Part shown: positions 54,745 to 64,000 of the stretch, piece after piece | How the letters are laid out: every line of letters starts with the position of its first letter | How positions within the stretch are numbered: position 1 is the first letter of the stretch | From: Octopus sinensis | Taxonomy: Eukaryota | Assembly: GCF_006345805.1 (NCBI RefSeq) | Contig: NC_042999.1 | Span: 106,578,001-106,642,000 of the forward strand | DNA: 64,000 nt | Reading direction: 5' to 3' | Translations under genes and position numbers: made by a program | Notes under the pieces: model-generated | The model's input: the letters and a program-made list of their open reading frames with translations, nothing else | Databases searched by the model: none | What the model was told of the DNA's origin: nothing

Positions 54745-54765
54745 AATAATAATAATAATAATAAG
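54066..54765 (+). mobile_element. R4/Dong LINE 3' end (REL endonuclease) with (CAA)n(TAA)n tail
   Basis: QKEYRQRHDKVV...KILWDFDFQTDKVLEHQRLDI...CLIIEEAVPG...PIVIGTL...ILGTARILRKVL. Confidence 0.93.
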
Positions 54766-55309
54766 CAATGCATGTCATCAAAGTCACACTCGGATACAAA
54801 TATACGAAGCACAATATACCCAGCATCACTAACTATCTGATAAGGGTGAATTAGGTATGTGCATTGCAATCATGTGCACGACATGGAGCCCAGTTAAAAT
54901 TTTCATCAGGTTATGTAGCCTATGTTTAAGGATGATGAATGAAACACCCGTTTTTCCAGATCTGAATTATTCAAACCCCCAAAGAATTCCTTTCAATACA
55001 CGGATATAATGCTCCCGCACTACTTCTGCTTATGTTCAGAGATGCACATATTGTCAGCCACTAAGGGACATGTTTAATTGCTTAAGGTCAAGCAAATTAC
55101 AAGCAAGTCTGTCGTATTGAGCAGAATATTTGCTGTGGCCCATCTTTGTATAACAAGACAAAGCATGTGCTTGATAACACTTCTAATCCGTTAAGATCAG
55201 AAGCCATGAGAGCCACTACCTGGTTTTGACTCAGGGCATTTATTAATATTATTTTCATATACACACAACAGATTAGATCGTTGGAAAAGAAAAAATCCTA
55301 AATTTGTTG

Positions 55310-56090
55310 AGTTGCGCAACTATTCCTGCTTGACATTCACCAAATCTTTTAATCCAGTAGCATTGAACTCCCTTTGGTCCCAGTTGCTCATTTCTTTGCT
55401 GATTTCCTTCACTTCCTTAACTGAAATGACCAGTTGTACCTGTTTTGGACAGGCTACTATTTGTTTCAGTTCTAGCAACCATTCAGCATCCTTCTTGTGC
55501 TCCTTGTCATTGCTCCAGATGTCACTCCAAAGCCTTTGACTTTCAATGTTACCAACTTTTCATCTGTACATTCTCCGTTTAATTCTTTATAGAATCTCTT
55601 CTGATCTACTCCGAATAACCTATTCTGGTGGTAACCCTTCATTGTTTGGTCGTATCTTAACATCTTTGCATTCTTTTCAACGAGGCGCTGTTTCAGTACC
55701 TCCACTACTACTTTCAGGCCCTTTCTTTCAATATTATACTTCCTTTTCAGCTCCCTGTATTTTTGTTCGCTTTTCAGCTCCCCTTTCTCTTTTCGGTCTA
55801 ACACAGAGATCTCCTTCGAGAGCATTCTAACCCTGCCTGGCTTCTTCTTTTCCACCATGGATCTTTTCTTTTGTCACTTCCATTGTGTTTCTTTTTCTTG
55901 ACATTAACACCCACGTTTTCTACTACAACAATACTTGCTGCCTTGATCAAATTATTTTTTTCTGTGATGTTGTTTGTTCTGATTTTTTTCAAAATTTCAT
56001 TGACATTGTTCGTTTCTTGGTTTAATTTCCATCGATCAACCTTAAATAATGTTACAAATAATGTCGCCATCGTTCTCTTGTAGTGTTGCC
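55310..56090 (-). mobile_element. R4/Dong LINE ORF fragment (region upstream of RT)
   Basis: NNITEKNNLIKAASIVV...DPWWKRR...KYRELKRKYNI..LKQRL....LRYD....YHQNRLFGVDQKRFYKELNG. Confidence 0.88.
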
Positions 56091-56167
56091 TTTATTCTGT
56101 CATAGATTGCCTTTTGTTCATCTGTCATGTCACCATTCGTTTTATTGCATTATTATTATCATTATTA

Positions 56168-56235
<68 letters not shown>

Positions 56236-56712
56236 GTAGAACATTGGCTGAAATATTATAGAGTCGTTACAAAAATGCCACGTAGTGTTATATTCTGGCC
56301 ACATATTATAAACAATTAATATTCTAGTAGTCTTATTATTTTGCATGATCTCAGGGAATAATAAGTGCAGTTCTTCGAAATCTTTGCACATATAAAGTAA
56401 TTGTATTCTTTTTCAAGTAATTTCTTCTATTAAGAGTATTCTAAATAATATATATGTGCAGTACCTCCTGTTGCTAGTATGAGCAGTTTTGTGTATTTTC
56501 ATTAGACATAAACTTCTCTGTACCACATTTTTCATTCCCAGTGCATCTCATTATTTTTAATAAGTTTCTGCGGAGATTATTTCCGTTTTTAGTCCTTTTA
56601 TTCTGGATAATTCATTTTCATGTCTTTATTCATCGAAATTTTCAACATTTCCTTCGGGAATTGATTAGAAAATTGTCATTATTTATCTTTCATAACAATG
56701 TATGAGCTAATC

Positions 56713-56865
56713 TAGTTAAACTAAAATCTCCCCGAATACTTGTTACTATCTTTTCCATTTTTGCCATTCCCTCCCTTACTCTCTCTCTCTCTCTCCTTAT
56801 TCTCTCTCTCTCTATATATATATTTTTTTATCTAGTTTCAGCTCATGAGCTGTGGCCATGCTGGG

Positions 56866-56905
<40 letters not shown>

Positions 56906-56969
56906 AGGGAGGGAATGGCAGAAATGGAAAAGATAATAACAAGTATTCGGGTAGATTTTAGTTTAACTA
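56713..56969. repeat. Inverted repeat (about 70 bp unique plus CT/GA microsatellite) around a SINE 3' tail
   Basis: The left arm and the reverse complement of the right arm differ at about 4 of 68 positions. The centre 'tttatctagtttcagctcatgagctgtggccatgctggggcac' is a reversed SINE tail. Confidence 0.9.
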
Positions 56970-57863
56970 ATATATATATATATACACATATAATATAAAG
57001 AAAATGGAGACTGTGGACACAGAAAATATCATTTTTTAAATATAAGAGTCAATTTCATGTCACCTACGCACATTTCAATTCCCACCTTCATTCATATTTT
57101 ACAATTAAATTTACATTATGAATTTAAAAGGTTAAAATCTCTTCTGGGCAAAATTGACATATATTCTTATATATACATTCACATCCTAATGGATGGAGAG
57201 TTCCTTACATACTGAATGGCGACATGCGTATACGTGTTTCTGTGTGTCAGCTTGTGTATCATCGGATTTCGATCTCAATATAGTTAGAGGCTAAACTAAG
57301 ACCATAGTGGACAGTGGCTAGCTACAGTCGTTAAGAACTAGGTCATACTACTATTCACCCTTAATGAATTTCGATCGGTTTTAGAGGCTTGCTGCTGCTC
57401 TTCTTCCAACTCATTTGTCAGAAGAATGAGAATAAAATTATATATATATTAGTAAGTATCCAAATCTATATAATTATTTCACTTTTACTCTTTTAATTGT
57501 GAGAATTTCCAATTTTCCTTATTTATTTTTATTTTACTTAGATGTATTAATCTTATTTGTTGAAAATTTCGGTTATATATTTTTGAAATAAATTTTTATG
57601 TATTTTTAATGAGAGTACTATTCATTATGTATCACTATGTAACACTATGTATCATTTTCAAATGGTGTGGGTGCATTTCACTTTAAGATTTCCTTCCATG
57701 TTTATTTTAATCTTATCATTAACGGAGTGTTTATTTAAATATAATTTATTATTTAGATTTATGAAATATAAATATATATATATATGTGTGTGTGTGTATG
57801 TGTGTGTGTGTGTGTGTATGCATGTATATATGAATATAAATATATATACATATATGTATATAT

Positions 57864-57950
57864 AGGGAGAATTCACAAAAATCATAACACGAAGACAGGT
57901 GGTGTAGACAACAAACAGATGTATTAGTATAACGCTCGGGAAATATATAT
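57864..57950 (-). mobile_element. Short Penelope-type 3' terminal fragment between (TA)n tracts
   Basis: Minus strand 'cccgagcgttatactaatacatctgtttgttgtctacaccacctgtcttcgt...tgtgaattctccct' parallels the 3' part of 37085-37382. Confidence 0.5.
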
Positions 57951-58980
57951 ATATAAATATATAGTAAGATAGATATACATAAATACATACATTCATAAAT
58001 ACATACATACAGACATACACACATATTCCTTTTCCTTATGAACATAATAAGCTCTCTATCCCTCATTTATGTAATATAACTGTTAACTTATTTATCTGGA
58101 TACATAAGCTATTAGTAAAGGTTTCAATATGTATTCCTCCATTTGAGTAATATTATAGAATCATTTAATTCTAGATATTGATGTATTCACATAATGCCTA
58201 TTTGATTATATTTATTTGGATCTATTAGATTTATTTATTTATATTCTCTGTCGTATGTATTAATATGAATATATACATAAAAAATTCATCACTTGGAGGT
58301 TTCTGCCTTTTGCTTTCTCTTGTTTTGTATGTATTTAGTGTGTCCAGTTTTCGTTTAATTTTCACGTGCACTTTTTATATTGTATTGTGGTAAAATCTTC
58401 GCAAGAAACCATTACAGAGAATTTTAACACGGGCTCCACATGCGCATTTATTTCTTATACACTTTTCTGTTTTCAGTAATGGGAAATATTTGGCAGAAAA
58501 TATTTGATCTCGAACCCCAATCAACCCTCTATGTTTTGTTTTATGATGAAAAGCCCTTCCAGATTAACTTTAAGATCTGTGATTTCAGTTAGTATTATGT
58601 TTCGTTTATCCGCTTCACTTTTCCTGTTTTCTATCGTTCGCTTTTAAATGCTCGTTTTTAATTTAGTTTTAATTTAGTTTCGTTTGTATAAAATTCCTGT
58701 TACAGCTTTTTCTTTTTCTATCTCTTGCCCCCGTCTCTGTTTTATATTTTGAAAGTTCCATGTAAGTCGAAGACAATGTTTATTTCGCTTATATTTCGTA
58801 ACAATGTGTTATATTTTCTTTTTATACTTCACTAAGTATATTTGCACTTCGATGCTAGCTATTTTATGATATTTATCAAATTGCAGAGGGCACAATTTTT
58901 GTTCGTGTTAAATATATGATTTCTACATGTTGGGTAGTACAGTATAAACTCTGTGATTATTCTCCATTTTCATGGTGTAG

Positions 58981-59055
58981 TCAGTGGATGAGGGACAACC
59001 CCATGACATTTATGCTGAGGCTCTGATGCTAACGGAAGAAAGAGTGAAAGCTTGA
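58981..59055 (+). CDS. Candidate terminal exon SVDEGQPHDIYAEALMLTEERVKA*
   Basis: Follows 'tattctccattttcatggtgtag'; locally GC-richer with a very protein-like composition; contains a DIYAE tyrosine motif. Confidence 0.4.
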   Translation, partial: SVDEGQPHDIYAEALMLTEERVKA

Positions 59056-59109
59056 CTTGTATTTTCTATAGAATAGATACCATTGAAGACCACTGTCACA
59101 GACAAAGAT

Positions 59110-59320
59110 ATTAATTTCAAATTTTGGCACAAGGCCAGCAATTTCAGCGTGGGGGTTAGTCAATTACTTCGACTACAGTACTCAGATTTGTATCTATCTT
59201 ATCGACCTTGAAAAGATGAAAAGTAAAATCGACCTTGGCGGAATTTGAACTCAGATGGACAAATGCCGCTACGCATTTTGCCTGGCGTGCTAACGCTTCT
59301 GCCAGCTCACCGCCTTTCAC
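59110..59320 (-). mobile_element. Family-A SINE, near full length
   Basis: Minus strand 'aaggcggtgagctggcagaagcgttagcacgccaggcaaaatgcgtagcggcatttg...ctgagttcaaattccgccaaggtcga'. Confidence 0.9.
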
Positions 59321-60201
59321 AGATAAAGATATTAAACCGAGCATGGATTAAGTTAATCAGCCAATAAATAATAATTAGAGTCCATCCGACACTCCACTTT
59401 GCAGTTTGTTTGTCAATTTCAACATGATGTGAGCCCGAATCTATTAAAGGATATATTTGCCCTGTGTACTACGCAGCGAAAGTAATGCAGAATTATCTGA
59501 TATTTATAAGAAATGCTTAGCCACACAGCCATTGTCGCATCCATAACATTCCTTGTCATCTGATAATTCATGTAACTTTATATTCAAAGTTATAATAAAT
59601 ATAATGTATTACTTCAACGGCTAGGTATGGAAACTATAACTTTTTAGCATTTCTTTTAATGTTAACTATTAGTGCGTCTGTTATATTACTTCATATTCTG
59701 TTCGTTATATATATTGTCCTATCTAATTCCTTGATTACAAAGCATTTGTAAGTCTGACTTCCTTGTAATTTGTCTTGTATCAGGTTTGTTATCTAACATG
59801 ATATCTCTAGCATTTTATTATTTTTTTTACACTCAAGTCAGCGTTGATGCATTTTGCCTAAATTGAATGTCCTGACAATTTCCCTACTGAAATTGTATAT
59901 CGTACATATCAAGCTATCTACTTGTCTGTTATCTCAAGCTCACAGGTTTAAGTCATCCATATTCAGTTAGCTGATTGCCATATCCTATTATTTAGTTAGT
60001 TATTGTTTTATATCACAATTTGTGAAGAAAAGCGCTGTTGGTCACAGATTTCAAACTAGCTCACTGCATTCTAAAATTGAGAATGACAAGTGAGCGCTAG
60101 TTACTCGGTTTCATTTCATGGAACGTCGTTCCCAAAACGCCAGTTTTTCAATTGCTCACTGATGTTTACATCAGCATGGAGAAAGAGAGGGAGAGAGAGA
60201 A

Positions 60202-60771
60202 GTAAATCTAAGGATAAGCAAGTTAGGCAAGTCGATATAAAAAATATTAAATACATTTAATACAAAAAATATACATATGTTTACATATAACAAGACCCTA
60301 CTTAAGCAGAATAGAAATATCACGAATTAAAGGGATTGAATTAGAGTTGTACGAATCCAACAGCTGTTTCTGGGTTTTGGTGGTCCAAAATAATGATTGT
60401 AAATTATTTTCCCCTCACACTGTTCTCTATCTAAATACTTCCTTCTAATGCATTAGTTCTCCACAAAATCATTTCATCTTTAATCTTTCTGTCAACACCT
60501 CTATTGTAAAGCTTCTTAACTTTTTTCCTGAAGACGGAGGCTGGTATTATCTGATGATGGAATCAATTTACAATCATTATTTTGGACCACTGAGCCCCAG
60601 AAACAGCTTTTGGACTCCTAAAACACTTTTTCAGCCTTTAATTCCTGATATAATTTCTATTCTGTGTAAGTCGGGTGCTTTTGTATTTAAAAATATGTAC
60701 ATTTTTTGTATTAAATGTATTTAATATTTTTTGCATATCGACTTGCCTAGCTTGCTTATACTGGCATCTAC
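60202..60771. repeat. Diverged inverted repeat, arms about 200 bp, spacer about 160 bp
   Basis: 'ataagcaagttaggcaagtcgat...aaatacatttaatacaaaaaat...ggtccaaaataatgattgtaaatt' versus 'aatttacaatcattattttggacc...attttttgtattaaatgtattt...atcgacttgcctagcttgcttat'. Confidence 0.9.
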
Positions 60772-61873
60772 CTGCACAAGTTTAAACCTTTTGAGCCTTA
60801 CGAAGTGTACTCTATACGGAGAATATTTATCTCTCATCTATAAACTCTGTGTGTGCGCGTGTATGTGTGTGCCTGTGAGTTTGTGCGCGTGTATTTGTGT
60901 GTGTTTGTGCGCATGTATGTCTGTATGGATACATGTATATATATTAATACATACATACATATGTATATACATATGTATGTACATATACGTTTGTACACAC
61001 ATACATATGTGATATGTGTGCGCGTACTCACACACATTCGCACATACGTACAAAGCAAAATTCTGCCCAGTTCCAGTCTAAAATTTTGACTCGCTACGTT
61101 TTAGCCAACTCGAAAGGACATAGCTAAAAACATCCCCAAGATTTTGTACTGTGACATTGAACTCGCGGTTGTGAGTGGACTCCTAAACGACAAAACAATA
61201 TCTGGTTCAATATCAAAAGCCACGCGTGCCACTCGTGCCACCGGTCACTTAATTTGTAAGAAATAGCAGCCATTTTTCTCTCAAATTTCACCCTATAACG
61301 TCTTCAAAATAGGACAACATTGTATGACGTTAATCCATGATATACAAAATGAAGAGACGTTCATGACCAGAATACCTTTGATAATAGATTTACTTAAATA
61401 TGGCTCACATGCACCAAATACTATTAAAAATAACAACAACTTGGAAGGTCTTTTGCTTATGCAACAATGGGATATTTCAGTTTTCACTTACGTCTGTGTT
61501 TACAAATAATAGGTCATTATTGTGTAAGTCCTTGCGGCATCCTCTTTCTCGCTTCAGAACTGTGTTTAATACCTGATAAACATTTAACACACGATTGCCA
61601 TGTCTCAGAGGCGTGTTATCATGTATGTAAACAAGCTATAGATATATAAATCTGGGAGTAAGAAATGTCTTCAACAATAAAGAATGATACTGTCATTGTT
61701 AACCTTCGCCAGCCCTGTTTCAATATCTCTTTCAAAGATTTTCCAATTCTTACTTTTGTGTCTCTAGCTCTTAAGCTATGCTTTTTTAAAGGTTGTAATT
61801 TAAGGATGTAATTTAAGGGAGTTTAGATAATATTTCAAGCTGGTCAAGCTTGTTAATTAATGTTGTGGAGTAA

Positions 61874-63900
61874 AGGCGGCGAGCTGGCAGAAACGTTAGC
61901 ACGCCGGGCGAAATGCGTAGCCGTATTTCGTCTGCCATTATGTTCTGAGTTCAAATTCCGCCGAGGTCGATTAAGTAAGTACCAGTTACGAACTGCGGTT
62001 GATATAATCGACTTAACCCGTTTGTCTGTCCTTGTTTGTCCTCTCTGTGTTTAGCCCCTTGTGGGTAGTAAAGAAATAGGTATTTCGTCTGACTTTACGT
62101 TCTGAGTTCAAATTCTGCAGAGGTCGACTTTGCCTTTCATCATTCCTGGGTCGATAAATTAAGTACAAGTTGCGTACTGGGGTCGATCTAATCGACTGGC
62201 CCTCCCCCAAAACATTTGGGCCTTGTGCCTAGAGTAGAAAAGGAATAAAGATTTGTTTTTTCTATGGTGAACCATTCACCTTTATAAGGTGCGAAATATA
62301 ACTGCATATTCGCAAAATTGATACACTGTCGAACAAAATGCTTTACAGCATTTTTGCTGGCTATTTACGTTCTGAGTTTAGATTTCGCTGAGGTCAACTT
62401 TGCTTTTCATCTTTCATGGTCGGTAAAATAAGTACCAGTTTGGTACTGGATTCAATGTAATTGATTAACCACCTCTTCTAAAAATGCTTGCATTGTACCA
62501 AAATTCGAAATTGTCTTGAGGGTTCTTGACAACAAACTTCTTCAAATTTCAGAGCTTGTCAAAGTATTTCTTGCAGCACACAAGTCTGCAGGTCACCAAT
62601 ACGAGTCTCGACTGCAGTATTGTTCAGTCTCTTAGGTAGAAATTTGGGTATTGACCCAAATGCATCAATTACTACGAGAGCAATTGTCATCCTGTTCTTT
62701 CACAGTCTCTTCACCTCTCTGACTAGATCCTGATATTTCTTAGTCTTTTCAATTTCATTGGCATGGGCTGTTATCGTAGTCTATGATATTACACACATTC
62801 TTTTGTCCTATATAATTAATCATAATTGGTTTCAATAGTATGGTCAGTCTTTATGGACAATTCCTACAAGATCTTGTAATTCTCATTTTTCTATCAAAAC
62901 CTCCGGCTCATATTCACACCACTTTCCTGTTACGTTGAAGCCAAACACTCGGCTAACATCACAATGCTCTCGTTTACCTACACAGTCATGTTTGTACTTG
63001 AGATATCATTAAGACGGCGAAAGCAGTGAGCTGGCTGAATCGTTACCATGCCAGACAAAATACTTGTCTCTATTTCTTCCAACTTTTCATTTCGAATTCT
63101 GCCTTTTTATCTTTTTAGGGTCGATAAAATGACTAGCAGTTGGACCCTGGGGTCGCTTTATTCGGCTAGTCCATTTTAGAGAACTTGTGCTTATAGTAGG
63201 GAGGATTATTGTTAAGTGATGAACTGGCAGAATCGGAAGCACGCCAGATAAAATGCTTATCAACATTTCTTCCAACTTTATCTTCTGAGTTCAAATTCTA
63301 CTTTGCCTTTCATTCTTTCAGGGTCGATAAAATGATACCAGTCAAATACTAATGTAGATATCATTGACTATACCTCTCTCTTAAAATTACTGGTCATGTG
63401 AGAAAATTTGTAGCAATTATTAAGGCTAGTGATCTGACAGAATTGTTACCACGCCGGACAAAATGCTAAGCATCATTTCTTCCGGCTCGTTTCATTCTGA
63501 TTTCAAATGTCGTTCACACCGACCTCGCCTTTCATTTTTTCGTCATCGATAATGCCAATACCAGTTGAGCACTGGGATCGATATAATCGATTGGTCCCCT
63601 CCCTTAAAACTGCTGGCCATGTGCCAAAAGTTGACGGAATTATTATTTTTATTATCATCATGATCATTATCTTTGTCGATTAAGGATGATAAAAGCTTGG
63701 ACAACCGTAAGAGTGTTTGACGAAATGTCTTGTGGTATTTTCTCCTGTTCTGCAAGCTCTAAGTTAAAATGCCACCACGGTCAGCTTAGCCTTTCGTCCT
63801 TCTTTGATCGATACATTAAGTACCAGTCAAGTACTAGAATCAATGCAATCGACTGACCACCTTCCAGTAAAGTTGTTTTTTTGTTACTTTAATTGGAAAC
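61874..63900. mobile_element. Dense cluster of family-A SINE copies of different ages (best preserved 61874-62244)
   Basis: 'aggcggcgagctggcagaaacgttagcacgccgggcgaaatgcgtagccgtatttcgtc...ttctgagttcaaattccgccgaggtcga' plus at least five degraded repeats of the same motifs. Confidence 0.9.
62520..63000 (-). mobile_element. R4/Dong LINE 3' fragment
   Basis: The reverse complement gives a W.EYEPEVLIENENYKIL*E..IKTDHTIET..D-like stretch and KTKKYQDLVREVKRL*KNRMTIALVVIDAFG. Confidence 0.8.
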
Positions 63901-64000
63901 TAGTGTAGCTGGTTCTTTCAAGAACTCGCTGAATACATTTAGCAACACTTTGTGTTTGACACTTCATTTCTGGTACTTACCAGTTATTTGTTTTTTGATG

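Overview
AT-rich eukaryotic genomic DNA packed with microsatellites. The SINE families, the Dong/R4-, RTE-, CR1-, Tx1- and Penelope-like retroelement debris and the TA/CA/TAA/AGAT/ATAC repeats point to a coleoid cephalopod, probably Octopus (inference from recognised repeat families, no search run). There is no intact long ORF; almost all ORF-track entries are microsatellite or antisense-transposon artefacts. Recognisable protein homology is confined to decayed transposons: a Penelope-like RT, CR1 RT, RTE and Tx1 C-termini, several R4/Dong zinc-knuckle/REL endonuclease ends, a mariner transposase, and one short LTR with a polypurine tract. A chain of short plus-strand candidate exons (3187 to 59055) could be a host gene with long introns, but it is weakly supported and unnamed. 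The most notable structure is at least eight long inverted-repeat (foldback) segments, one with about 350-bp near-perfect arms, several enclosing or built from SINE, tRNA-like or Penelope-end sequence. There is also a hammerhead-like motif in a Penelope-type end. Repeat boundaries are approximate unless stated.
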